DNA of 64,000 nucleotides, from the NCBI RefSeq assembly GCF_000006765.1, contig NC_002516.2. One strand, 5' to 3'. The position numbers and the translations under genes were made by a program. Position 1 is the stretch's first letter. Each line of letters starts with the position of its first letter. This document shows, piece by piece, positions 31,083-40,459 of this stretch. This stretch comes from Pseudomonas aeruginosa PAO1. Lineage in GTDB: Bacteria; Pseudomonadota; Gammaproteobacteria; Pseudomonadales; Pseudomonadaceae. Under the pieces are notes generated by a model. It was not told where the DNA came from. It was given only the letters and a program-made list of their open reading frames with translations, and searched no databases.

Positions 31083-32977
31083 GCGTTGTCTCCTTCGTCT
31101 ACCCGCACTTCGCGGAACATGCCCATCTCCATGTGGAACAGCAGGTGGCAGTGGTAGGCCCAGCGCCCCAGGGCGTCGGCGGTGACCCGGTAGCTGCGGC
31201 GGGTGCCCGGCGGCATGTCGATGGTGTGCTTGCGCACCAGGAAGTTGCCTTGCTCGTCCTCCAGGTCGCTCCACATGCCATGCAGGTGGATCGGGTGGGT
31301 CATCATGGTGTCGTTGACCAGGACGATCCGCAGGCGCTCGCCGTAGGTCAGGCGCAGCGGCTCGGCGTCGGAGAACTTGATGCCGTCGAAGGACCAGGCG
31401 AACTTCTCCATGTGCCCGGTCAGGTGCAGCTCGATGGTGCGCCCCGGCTCGCGGCCGTCCGGGTCGGCGAAGCGGCTGCGCAGGTCGGCGTAGGTCAGCA
31501 CCCGCCGCCCGTTGTCGCGCAGGCCGAGGCCGGGGTCGGCGAGCTTCGGTGTCGGCGTCATGGTCTGCATGTCGACCAGCGGGTTGCCGTCCTCCGAAGC
31601 CGGATGGGACTGCATCGGCATGGCGCCCATGCCCATCCTGGAATGGTCCATGCCGTTCATGTCCATGCCGGCCATCTTGGAGTGGTCCATGCCGTTCATG
31701 TCCATGCCGGCCATCTTGGAGTGGTCCATGCCGCTCATGTCCATGCCGGCCATCTTGGAGTGGTCCATGCCGTTCACGTCCATGCCCGACATCTTCGAAT
31801 GGTCCATCTCGCTGGCGGGCCTCGTCGCCGCGCCATGCCCCATGGCGCCGTGGTCCATGCCGCCCATGCCCATGTCGTCCATGCCGATCAGCGGGCGCGG
31901 ATCGGGCGTCGGCACCGGCGCGCTAAGCCCTTCGGCCAGCGCCAGGGTGCCGCGGGCGTAGCCGCTGCGGTCCATGGACTGGGCGAAGAGGGTATAGGCG
32001 CGCTCGCCGCCCGGCTCGACGATCACGTCGTAGGTCTCGGCCACGGCGATGCGCAACTCGTCGACGCTGACCGGCTCGACGTGCTGTCCGTCGGCGGCCA
32101 CCACGGTCATCTTCAGGCCGGGAATGCGGACGTCGAAATAGCTCATTGCCGAGGCGTTGACGAAGCGCAGGCGGAGCTTTTCGCCGGGGCGGAACAGGCC
32201 GGTCCAGTTGCCGTCCGGCGGCTGTCCGTTGAGCAGGTAGGTATAGGTGTAGCCGCTGACGTCGGCGAGATCGGTGGGACTCATCTTCATCTCGGCCCAC
32301 ATCTTGCGGTCGGCCAGGGTCGCGGCCCAGCCGTTGGCGCTGACGTCGTCGATGAAGTCGCCGACGGTGCGCTTGTGGAAGTTGTAGTAGTCGGACTGCT
32401 TCTTCAGCTTGGCGAGGATGCGCTGCGGCTTCTCGTCCGACCAGTCGCTGAGCAGCACCACGTAGTCGCGGTCGTAGCTGAACGGTTCCGGCTCGCGGGC
32501 GTCGATCACCAGGGCGCCGTAGACCCCGGCCTGCTCCTGTAGCCCCGAGTGGCTGTGGTACCAGTAGGTGCCGTTCTGCCGGACCTTGAAGCGGTATTCG
32601 TAGAGACCGCCGGGAGCGATGCCCTCGAAGCTGAGGCCCGGCACGCCATCCATGTTGGCCGGCAGGATGATGCCGTGCCAGTGGATCGAGGTGTCCTCGG
32701 CGAGGCGGTTGCGCACCCGCAGGGTCACGTTGTCGCCTTCGCGCCAGCGCAGGGTCGGGCCGGGCAGCGAACCGTTGATGGTCATGGCGGCGGCCGGCGA
32801 GCCGCTGAGGTTCACCGGGGTCTCGCCGATGAACAGGTCGAAACTGTCGCCGGCGAGCAGGTTCTGCTGGCCCGGCCCGGCCAGGGCCCAGGCCGGGGCG
32901 CGCCAGAGACCCAGTCCGCCGAGCAGACCGGTGGCGGCGAGGCCTTTGACGAAGGTGCGTCGCGAAGTTCTGTGCAT
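31079..32977 (-). CDS. pcoA: Periplasmic multicopper oxidase, 632 aa
   Basis: Tat signal SRRTFVK and four copper motifs HWHG, WYHSH, HPIHLHG and HCHLLFH. Confidence 0.96.
   Translation of the reverse strand: MHRTSRRTFVKGLAATGLLGGLGLWRAPAWALAGPGQQNLLAGDSFDLFIGETPVNLSGSPAAAMTINGSLPGPTLRWREGDNVTLRVRNRLAEDTSIHWHGIILPANMDGVPGLSFEGIAPGGLYEYRFKVRQNGTYWYHSHSGLQEQAGVYGALVIDAREPEPFSYDRDYVVLLSDWSDEKPQRILAKLKKQSDYYNFHKRTVGDFIDDVSANGWAATLADRKMWAEMKMSPTDLADVSGYTYTYLLNGQPPDGNWTGLFRPGEKLRLRFVNASAMSYFDVRIPGLKMTVVAADGQHVEPVSVDELRIAVAETYDVIVEPGGERAYTLFAQSMDRSGYARGTLALAEGLSAPVPTPDPRPLIGMDDMGMGGMDHGAMGHGAATRPASEMDHSKMSGMDVNGMDHSKMAGMDMSGMDHSKMAGMDMNGMDHSKMAGMDMNGMDHSRMGMGAMPMQSHPASEDGNPLVDMQTMTPTPKLADPGLGLRDNGRRVLTYADLRSRFADPDGREPGRTIELHLTGHMEKFAWSFDGIKFSDAEPLRLTYGERLRIVLVNDTMMTHPIHLHGMWSDLEDEQGNFLVRKHTIDMPPGTRRSYRVTADALGRWAYHCHLLFHMEMGMFREVRVDEGDNA
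31641..31807. repeat. 39-bp in-frame tandem repeat (about 4.3 copies) in pcoA encoding [13 protein letters not shown]
   Basis: TGGTCCAT recurs at 31644, 31683, 31722, 31761 and 31800, exactly 39 bp apart. Confidence 0.92.
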
Positions 32978-33108
32978 CCGCTGGTTTCCACGCAGGTGGC
33001 AGGACGGACTGCGCGAGCCTGCGCAGCCGGGAAGTCGCGGCCCCGCCAGGGCGGTGCGGCGATGCGGACACCCTAGCGGCGCGCGCCTGTCGGCAAGCTG
33101 TGGGGAAG

Positions 33109-33124
33109 ATTACAGTGCTGTCAG
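33109..33124 (-). promoter_or_regulatory. CopR/CusR-type copper box upstream of pcoA
   Basis: Minus strand CTGACAGCACTGTAAT resembles the cop box (TGACA-N4-TGTAAT). It is about 130 bp upstream of pcoA. Confidence 0.72.
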
Positions 33125-33125
33125 C

Positions 33126-33764
33126 TCAGCGCGGCGGGTTCACCAGGTGGCGGTCGAAACCGCGCGCCACCAGGCGTTCCCAGGCGTCCATGACCTGCGC
33201 CGGGATCGGGCAGGCGACCTGGAAGCCCAGCGCCGGGTAACGCATGATGCGGTCAAGGTCGCCGACCATCTCGTCGATCACCCCGAGTACGCCGACCAGG
33301 TTCGAGATGCCGTCGGGAAATGCGTAGTCGGGCGCATCCACGTGTCCCTCCAGACCCGGCCAGCGGACCGGCAGGGTCAGCGCCACGCGGCGGATCGAGT
33401 TGGGCTTGGTGACGAAGGTCGCGCGGCGCAGGTCGGGGAACAGCTCGCGGGCGAAGGCGATGTTCTCGGCGAAGTTGGTCGCCCGCGGCTCGATCACGAT
33501 GAGGCTGTCGCTTACCCCGCGTGCCCTGGCGTGGCGGGCGAACAGCTCGGCTTCCGGCTCGACCCAGAGATGGCGCGTCCAGTGCCCGGTGTTGCCGGTG
33601 AACAGCAGGCGTTCGGCGAGGCCGCGTTCGAGCAGTTCGCAGGCGTGGTCGCAGACCCGCAGGTCGTAGGAGCCGCACACCACCAGCAGTTCGCAGGGCA
33701 CATGGCAGCGGCCCTGGCCGAGGAAGTCCCAGAGCAGCCGGGCATCTTGCAGGGTCGGGCTCAT
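33126..33764 (-). CDS. YdcF/DUF218 (SanA/ElyC-like) protein, 212 aa
   Basis: Motifs LLFTGNTG, EPEAELFA, IEPRATNFAENI and VTKPNSIRR. The start overlaps the HAD gene stop. Confidence 0.82.
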   Translation of the reverse strand: MSPTLQDARLLWDFLGQGRCHVPCELLVVCGSYDLRVCDHACELLERGLAERLLFTGNTGHWTRHLWVEPEAELFARHARARGVSDSLIVIEPRATNFAENIAFARELFPDLRRATFVTKPNSIRRVALTLPVRWPGLEGHVDAPDYAFPDGISNLVGVLGVIDEMVGDLDRIMRYPALGFQVACPIPAQVMDAWERLVARGFDRHLVNPPR

Positions 33765-34465
33765 GGGACGCCAACGCTCCTCTCGCTGCCGGTCGTGGCG
33801 GGGTGCCGATGCTGGCAGTACAGCCGGTCGTCTTCGCGGACGATCCGTAGCTCGCGGAAATCCCGGACCGACCAGCGCGCGCCGGCGGCGAGCAGGCCGC
33901 TCTCCTCGCCGATCGCCACGCAGGTCGCGCCGGCGGCACAGGCGGCCTGCACGCCGCTGAGGGAGTCTTCGAACACCAGGCAGCGCGACGGTGCCACGCC
34001 GAGCCTGGCCGCGGCCAGGCGATAGCCATCCGGAGCCGGCTTGCCGTGGACCACGTCGTCGCGGCTGACCAGGGTGCGGAACGCCGCCTGCAGGTCGTGC
34101 TGGCGCAGCACGTGGTCGATGCGTGCCGGCCAACTGCTGGTGACCAGCGCCAAGGGCACGTCCAGCCAACGCAGCTGGCGGATCACCGCGGCGACGCCGG
34201 GCAGCAGGGGACAGTCGGCGCCTTCCTCCAGCGCATCGACCCGTTGCTTGAGGATCCGCCGGCGCTCCATCGGCAGGTGGCCGAACAGATAGTCCAGGGT
34301 GTAGCCGCCCGGGCGACCGTGCACGTGGTCGCGCAGGCAGTCCGGGCCGAGCGCCACGCCCTGTTCGCCGGCGACCCGGCTCCAGGCCGCGGCGATGGCT
34401 TCGCGGGAGCTGATCAGGACGCCGTCCATGTCAAACAGAACGGCTGAAAACGCTAGTCGATGCAT
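33761..34465 (-). CDS. HAD-superfamily phosphatase (beta-PGM/sugar-phosphatase-like)
   Basis: Motifs FDMDGVL (DxD), LVTSS, GKPAPDGY and VFEDSLSGV. Confidence 0.9.
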   Translation of the reverse strand: MHRLAFSAVLFDMDGVLISSREAIAAAWSRVAGEQGVALGPDCLRDHVHGRPGGYTLDYLFGHLPMERRRILKQRVDALEEGADCPLLPGVAAVIRQLRWLDVPLALVTSSWPARIDHVLRQHDLQAAFRTLVSRDDVVHGKPAPDGYRLAAARLGVAPSRCLVFEDSLSGVQAACAAGATCVAIGEESGLLAAGARWSVRDFRELRIVREDDRLYCQHRHPATTGSERSVGVP

Positions 34466-35594
34466 CTCGGGCACTCTGTAGGGCAAGCCAGACCAGGACC
34501 GCGCCGCCGAGGGCGAACAGCGCCATGATCAGATAGGACCACTGCGGCAGGCCTTCGTACAGCCAGCCGGCGGCCGGACTGGCGAGGCCCATGGGCAGCG
34601 CTACCGCCAGAGAGTAGTAGATCCCCTGGGTCAGTACCCGCGCGCTTTCCGGCGCGTGGTCGCGGATGTAACGCATCACCGCGGCGTGGTAGGCGGCGAA
34701 GCTGAGGGCGTGCAGGCACTGGCCGAGGAGGATCGCGGCGAGGTGTTCGCTGCCGGCCAGCAGGCCCCAGCGCAGCGCCGCGCAAAGGCTGGAGAAGAGC
34801 ATCACCTGGAGCGCCGGGTGGCGGTCCAGGATGCGGTTGGAGACGGCGAAGAAGCTGATCTCGGCGATCACCGCCAGGCCCCAGAAGGCGCCGACCGAGA
34901 ACGACGAGTAGCCCAGCGTCTGCCAGCCCAGCGAGGCGGTGGTGAAGTACAGCGAGTGGCTCAGTTGGATCATTCCCGCCGCGGCGATGGCCAGCAGCAG
35001 GGGGCGTTGCCGGAGGATCCCGCGCAGGTCGGGACGGCGCCTGGCGCCCGGCAGCGGCGAGTCCGGACGGCGCAGGCTGCGGCGACGGAGGAACAGGCAG
35101 GCCAGCGCGGTGAGCAGCATCGTCAGGCCGACCAGGGCGGGCACCAGTTGCTGGCCGAAACGACCGAGCAGCAGGCCGCCCAGGGTCGCGGTGAGGATGA
35201 AGGCCAGCGAACCGACCGCGCGTACCCGCCCGTAGTTCTGCAGGGCGGCCTTGTCGCGCTTGAGCAGGTAGGACTCGGTGAGCGGCAGCACGCTGGTCCA
35301 GAACGCGCCGTAGAGCACGCTCAGGGCGATGAACAGCGGCAGGCCCTCGGCCAGCTGGAACAGCAGGGCGCAGGCGCCGGCCAGGGCCGCCAGCAGGGTC
35401 GCCAGGCGCAACTGGTCGATGCGCCAGTCGGCCACGTAGGTCAGCGCCACCCCGGCGATCACCTGCGGCCAGTAGGCCGCGGCGATCAACAGGCCGATCT
35501 GGCTGGCGCCGAAGCCCAGGCTGGCCAGCCAGGTCGGCCAGAACGGATAGATCAGCCCCTCGGCGGCGAAGTAGCCGGAAAAGATCAGGTACAT
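34431..35594 (-). CDS. MFS_1-like transporter (HcaT / nucleoside:H+ symporter-like), 387 aa
   Basis: 12 TMS, with YPFWPTWL, YGRVRAVGSLAF, AEISFF and LHALSFAAYH. Confidence 0.85.
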   Translation of the reverse strand: MYLIFSGYFAAEGLIYPFWPTWLASLGFGASQIGLLIAAAYWPQVIAGVALTYVADWRIDQLRLATLLAALAGACALLFQLAEGLPLFIALSVLYGAFWTSVLPLTESYLLKRDKAALQNYGRVRAVGSLAFILTATLGGLLLGRFGQQLVPALVGLTMLLTALACLFLRRRSLRRPDSPLPGARRRPDLRGILRQRPLLLAIAAAGMIQLSHSLYFTTASLGWQTLGYSSFSVGAFWGLAVIAEISFFAVSNRILDRHPALQVMLFSSLCAALRWGLLAGSEHLAAILLGQCLHALSFAAYHAAVMRYIRDHAPESARVLTQGIYYSLAVALPMGLASPAAGWLYEGLPQWSYLIMALFALGGAVLVWLALQSARDASTSVFSRSV

Positions 35595-35637
35595 GCCGGT
35601 TCCCGCGTCGCCGTGCCGGTTCGCTGCGGTTTGCGCC

Positions 35638-37362
35638 TCACTCGAAGCGCGCCCTGGCGAAGGCGTTCTCGCCCTTGCGCCAGACCAGCAGGGACTCGCC
35701 CAGCACCACCAGGTCGACCATGCCGTCCTCCAGCGCGCCGAGGGCGTCCTGCGGGGCGCAGACGATCGGTTCCTCGTGGCGGTTGAAGGAGGTGTTGATC
35801 AGCGCCGGCTGGCCGCTGCGGGCATGCCAGGCATGCAGCAGGGCGTGCATGAACGGATCGGCCTGCGGCCGGATGATCTGTGGCCGCGCGGTGCCGTCGA
35901 CATGCACCACCGCCGGGCAGCGCGCGCGGAAATCCGCATGGCAGTCGTAGGTCATGGTCATGTAGTCGGCCGCCACCTGGTGTTCACGCCAGCCAACGTA
36001 GCAAGCCTCGGCGTGTTCTACCGCGGTGACCGGGGCGAATGGCATGAACTCGGTGCGTTCCATGCGCTGGTTGAGCCAGTCGTTGGCGCTGGCATCGCCG
36101 GGATGGTAGACGATGCTGCGGTTGCACAAGGCGCGCGGACCGAACTCCATGCGGCCCTTGAACATGCCCAGCACCTGGTTTTCCCGCAGCGCTTCGACCA
36201 GCGTCTCGATCAGGTTGGCTGGCCGGCTGTAGGCCAGCTGCGGGTACTGGCTGGCGATCAGCTCGGCATTCTGCGCGGCGCTGCGCGCGTCCGGCCCGAG
36301 GGCCATGCTCGGCGCCGGGAAGCGCGTACCGTTCTCGCGATAGGCCACCGCCACCGCCGCGGCCAGGGCCAGGCCGCCGTCGCCCATGCAGGGCAGCACG
36401 TAGACATCGCGGACCCCGGGGATCTCGCGCAGGCGCTGGTTCAGCTTGACGTTGCCGAACACCCCGCCGGCCAGGCACAGGTTGGCACAACCGGTGCGCG
36501 CCACGTGCTCCCGGGCGATGGCCACCAGCAGGTCTTCGGAGTGCCGTTGCGCGGCGGCGGCGACATCCGCCGGGCGTTCCGCCGCGCAGCGTTGCAGCAG
36601 CGGATCGCTGTAGCCGTCGTAGGAGGGCAGGTACAGTTCGCCGCAGCGGGCGCGCAGGCGGCCGTTCTCCAGGCGGATCATGTCGTTCATCAGCGGCAGC
36701 AGCTTTTCCGCGTCGCCGAACGCCGCCAGGCCGGTGATCTTGCCTTCGTGGCGGTTCGGCTTGAAGCCGAGCAGGCGGGTGATGCGCCCGTAGAAGTAGC
36801 CCAGGCTGTCGACGCTGGTCTCGCGTTGCAGGACCGTCTCGCCGCCGTCGGCGCGGTAGTGGGTGACGGTGAGCGACTGGAAGTCGCCGCGGCCGTCGCA
36901 GGTGAGGGTCAGCGCCTCGTCGAACGGCGAGCAGACGAATGCGCCGAGGGCGTGGCATTCGTGATGGTCGATGTACTCGACCTTGCCGCGCAGGCCGTTG
37001 GCGCGGACGAAGGCATCGAATTCGCCGCGCTTGGCCTTGTCGTTGGCCATCTCGTCGGCGATCCGCTTGCGCAGGTGCGGCAGGCCCTCGGGACGCTCGC
37101 GGGCTTCCTCGAGGACCCGGTCCAGGTAGAGGTCGAGGTGCCGCCCGGCGTCGAACCCGGCGTTCCAGCCGTAGGCGATGCGGTCGATGTCGGCCAGGTC
37201 GATGCCGGCCTCGCCGAGCACATAGTCGATGGAGCGGCTCGGCCAGGCCTTGTGGTCCTTCTGGCGGGTGAAGCGCTCCTCGCTGGCGGCGGCGACGATC
37301 CCGCCGTCGCGCACCAGGCAGGCGCCGGCCAGGTCGTTGTTGGTGATCCCGAGAATGATCAT
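35638..37362 (-). CDS. O-carbamoyltransferase (NodU/CmcH/TobZ family), 574 aa
   Basis: Kae1-like HHECHA, TCDGRGD, LAGGVFGNVKLN and GDGG, plus YrdC-like RMEFGPRALCNRS, FMPFAP, HVDGTARPQ and INTSFNRHEEP. Confidence 0.94.
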   Translation of the reverse strand: MIILGITNNDLAGACLVRDGGIVAAASEERFTRQKDHKAWPSRSIDYVLGEAGIDLADIDRIAYGWNAGFDAGRHLDLYLDRVLEEARERPEGLPHLRKRIADEMANDKAKRGEFDAFVRANGLRGKVEYIDHHECHALGAFVCSPFDEALTLTCDGRGDFQSLTVTHYRADGGETVLQRETSVDSLGYFYGRITRLLGFKPNRHEGKITGLAAFGDAEKLLPLMNDMIRLENGRLRARCGELYLPSYDGYSDPLLQRCAAERPADVAAAAQRHSEDLLVAIAREHVARTGCANLCLAGGVFGNVKLNQRLREIPGVRDVYVLPCMGDGGLALAAAVAVAYRENGTRFPAPSMALGPDARSAAQNAELIASQYPQLAYSRPANLIETLVEALRENQVLGMFKGRMEFGPRALCNRSIVYHPGDASANDWLNQRMERTEFMPFAPVTAVEHAEACYVGWREHQVAADYMTMTYDCHADFRARCPAVVHVDGTARPQIIRPQADPFMHALLHAWHARSGQPALINTSFNRHEEPIVCAPQDALGALEDGMVDLVVLGESLLVWRKGENAFARARFE

Positions 37363-37433
37363 GCGGTGTCCTCTTGCGCGAACGGGTGGGGGGCGAGAGG
37401 CGTAATAGGTTGCATGGCACCGGGAGCCCAACA

Positions 37434-37488
37434 ACCTGCCAGATCTGGTCGCCTGCGAAATCTGGCAGGGCTACCGGATCTGGTAGCT
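37434..37488. promoter_or_regulatory. Three overlapping las/rhl (lux-type) boxes
   Basis: ACCTGCCAGATCTGGTCGCC (37434-53), GCCTGCGAAATCTGGCAGGG (37451-70) and GGCTACCGGATCTGGTAGCT (37469-88). The last two fit CT-N12-AG exactly. Confidence 0.75.
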
Positions 37489-37541
37489 GGACAGCCGTCG
37501 ACGGGCTTGCCGGCCATACCGGCCGGGCGCCCGCGCCGGCA

Positions 37542-40184
37542 TCAGAAGCTGTAGCTGAGGCGGCCGAACAGGATGCGCCCGTAGGGATCGGTGTAGCGCG
37601 GGTCGTAGCCGCTCTGGAAGGTGTAGGTCTGGTTGCTGAACGGCGGTTCGCGGTCGAACAGGTTCTTCACCCCGAGGGTCAGCCCCAGCGCGTGGCTGAG
37701 GCGGTAGCTGCCGGCCAGGTCCCAGAGGTTCCACGAGCCGACCTTGCCGTGGCTGGCGCGGTCGTAGTCGTTGTAGCCGCTGGTGTAGCGGTTGCTCAGG
37801 GTGGCCTGCCAGGCGTCGCGGCTCCAGGTGGCGTTGGCGACGTGCTTCCAGCGGGCGATCACGCCGACGCCCTGGAAGTCGCCGACGTTGTCCAGGTACT
37901 GGCCGCCGATCTGCTGCTGGAAGTCGTAGCGGGACACGTAGGTGCCTTGCAGGTCGAGCCCGAACTGCCCGTAGCGGCTGGCCGGGAAACGATAATCGAG
38001 GCTCAGGTCGACGCCGCTGGTCTTCACTTTGCCGAGGTTGGCCAGTCCGGTGACGACGTGATCGATCGAGCCGTCGGCCTTGCGCACGATGCGTCCGGCG
38101 TAGGCCTGCGGGTCGGCGAAGATCGCCGCTTCGGGAAACTCGGCGATCTGGTTGGCGATCCTGATCCACCAGAAGTCCAGGCCGACGGAAAGGTCGCGCA
38201 GCGGCTGGTAGACCAGGCCCAGGGTAACGTTGCGCGCGGTTTCCGGTCGCAGGTCGGTATTGCCGCCGGTGGCGTTGTAGAACTGCTGGGCGCAGTCGCG
38301 GTTGGCGATGCCGCCCTGGCTCGGCTGGCCGCCGGCGCACAGGCGCGGGTCGTCGTAGTTGGCGCTGGTATAGGTGGTGAAGGTCGGGTTGTACAGTTCG
38401 TACAGCGACGGCGCACGGAAACCTTCGCTGTAGGCGCCGCGCAGGACCAACTGGCGGAACGGCTGGAAGCGGAACGAATATTTCGGGTTGCTGGTGCTGC
38501 CGAAGTCGCTGTACTTGTCGTGGCGGATCGCCGCGCTGAGTTCCAGGCTGTCCAGCACCGGCACGTTGAGTTCGGCGTACTGCGCCTTCAGGTTGCGCTC
38601 GCCGCTGACCGTGGCGGCGGGATCGACGCCGAGGCTCTGCACGTTGCCGGCGAAGTCCTGGATGTCCTGGTGGAACGCTTCCTTGCGGAACTCGCCGCCC
38701 AGCGCCAGGGCCGCCGGCCCGGCGCCGAACCAGTCGCCGATCTCCCGGCTGGCGCGGGCGTCCAGGCCCTTGACGCGGCCGACCGAGGTACGGAAGTCGC
38801 CGCTCAGGGCATGGCTGCCGAGGTAGGCGAGGCCGGCGTCGGTCTGCGGCCCGAACGGGTTCAGCGTCCCGTTGGCGATGCCGAGGGCGGCGGCGCGATC
38901 ATCGACGTAGCCGCTGTGGATATGGTCGACCACCTTGTTCTGGTTGTACGAGGCGCCGATATCGTAGTCCCAGCCGGCGAACTGGCCGTCGAAGCCGAGC
39001 AGCAGGCGCTGGCCGGTGTTCTGCGAGGATTGCAGGCGCGGCCCGAGCACGCTCTGTCGCCAGTTGACCTCCACCGGCCGGCTCGGGTCGAGGACGAAGC
39101 CGCCGGGTCCGGGAGTGATGCCGTTGCCGGGATAGAAGGCGGTGCCGGGATCGATCTGCAGGCCGGTGAGGGTCCCTGGGCCGACCTGGGTAGCGTTGTC
39201 GCTGCGCGACCAGAAGTACTCCAGGCTGACGTTGTGCTCGTCGGCCAGCTTGCCGGTGGCGCGGCTGAACACCGAGGTCTTCTCGGTTTCCGGCACCAGG
39301 TCGAGGTAGCGCCACAGGCTCTGCCGGCAGATGCCGTTGCGCGGAATCAGGTCGGCGCCCTTGCAACCGCCGGCGGCCAGCGGATTGCTGGCGTTGGCGC
39401 CCTGGCTCCAGTTGCCGGGGAAGGCGGTGCCGGAGCTGTAGTCGAGGCCGCGTCCCGGCTGGTAGTTGTAGGTGTAGCCGCGGTCCTTGGCGCCGAGGCG
39501 CTCCTGCTTGTCGTAGTTGGCCACCGCGAAGACATTGAAGCGATCCTCCTCCAGCTCGCCGAAGCCCCAGCTAGCGCTGACGTTGCGCTGGTTGCCGCCG
39601 CCGTCGTGGGTGGGGGAGGCGTAGCCGCTGTCGAAGCGGCCTTCGTTCAGGCTCTTGCGGGTGATGAAGTTGATCACCCCGCCGATGGCATCGGTGCCGT
39701 ACAGCGCGGAGGCGCCGTCGCGCAGCACCTCGACCCGGTCGATGGCGGCGAAGGGAATGGTGTTGAGATCCACCGCGGAGCCGTCGATGGCATTGTTCGC
39801 CAGGCGCCGGCCGTTGAGCAGCACCAGGGTCTTGTTCGCGCCGATTCCGCGCAGGTCGGCGAACGAGGCGCCGCCGGTGGCGCTGCCGACCGAGCGACTG
39901 GAGTTGTATACGCCCTGGTTGCCGGAAAGCCGGCCGATCAGTTCCTCGGTGCTGGTCACGCCCTGTTGGCGCAGCTCCTCGGCGCGCAGGACGCTGATCG
40001 GCACCGCGGTTTCCGCATCGACCCGGCGGATCGCGCTGCCGGTCACCTCGATTCGTTGCAACTGGACCGTGGGCGGGTCGACAGGCGCCTGTTCCTCCGC
40101 CGCGGCGGCGCTGCCGGGAGCGAGCTGCAGGGCCAGCAGCAGGGCGGCGCCCAGCGGCGCGTCGGTGTGGAGCGATCGGTGCAT
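37542..40184 (-). CDS. TonB-dependent receptor, 880 aa, no STN domain
   Basis: Signal peptide, TonB box IEVTGSAI, plug [17 protein letters not shown] and a C-terminal YSF. Confidence 0.92.
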   Translation of the reverse strand: MHRSLHTDAPLGAALLLALQLAPGSAAAAEEQAPVDPPTVQLQRIEVTGSAIRRVDAETAVPISVLRAEELRQQGVTSTEELIGRLSGNQGVYNSSRSVGSATGGASFADLRGIGANKTLVLLNGRRLANNAIDGSAVDLNTIPFAAIDRVEVLRDGASALYGTDAIGGVINFITRKSLNEGRFDSGYASPTHDGGGNQRNVSASWGFGELEEDRFNVFAVANYDKQERLGAKDRGYTYNYQPGRGLDYSSGTAFPGNWSQGANASNPLAAGGCKGADLIPRNGICRQSLWRYLDLVPETEKTSVFSRATGKLADEHNVSLEYFWSRSDNATQVGPGTLTGLQIDPGTAFYPGNGITPGPGGFVLDPSRPVEVNWRQSVLGPRLQSSQNTGQRLLLGFDGQFAGWDYDIGASYNQNKVVDHIHSGYVDDRAAALGIANGTLNPFGPQTDAGLAYLGSHALSGDFRTSVGRVKGLDARASREIGDWFGAGPAALALGGEFRKEAFHQDIQDFAGNVQSLGVDPAATVSGERNLKAQYAELNVPVLDSLELSAAIRHDKYSDFGSTSNPKYSFRFQPFRQLVLRGAYSEGFRAPSLYELYNPTFTTYTSANYDDPRLCAGGQPSQGGIANRDCAQQFYNATGGNTDLRPETARNVTLGLVYQPLRDLSVGLDFWWIRIANQIAEFPEAAIFADPQAYAGRIVRKADGSIDHVVTGLANLGKVKTSGVDLSLDYRFPASRYGQFGLDLQGTYVSRYDFQQQIGGQYLDNVGDFQGVGVIARWKHVANATWSRDAWQATLSNRYTSGYNDYDRASHGKVGSWNLWDLAGSYRLSHALGLTLGVKNLFDREPPFSNQTYTFQSGYDPRYTDPYGRILFGRLSYSF

Positions 40185-40459
40185 GGTCGGGGCATCCCTT
40201 GTTCCGGTGTGTCCAGGGATGTCCGTCGAGCCGGGGGATTTTCCAGGGACGGCTTAGACCTTTGCGCCATGAGTTTATGTCCGCTGGGAACAAGCCCTGC
40301 CGTCGCGCCTTTCGTCGGCGGGCCGGAGCGGCAGAACCAGTCCCCTCTGCCGAGGTCGAAAAGCAGGCGTCGCGGCGGTGCTGCGGCGTCCTTTCTTCAG
40401 CTACATTTTTCTTTCAGCAGTCGTTCCCATCATCCAGGGCAGCACCCAAGGGGCAGATC

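Noticed and set aside
31620-31810. Regular repeat array as a possible CRISPR
   Set aside because: The units are contiguous, in frame and have no unique spacers, and there are no cas genes. It is a coding VNTR.
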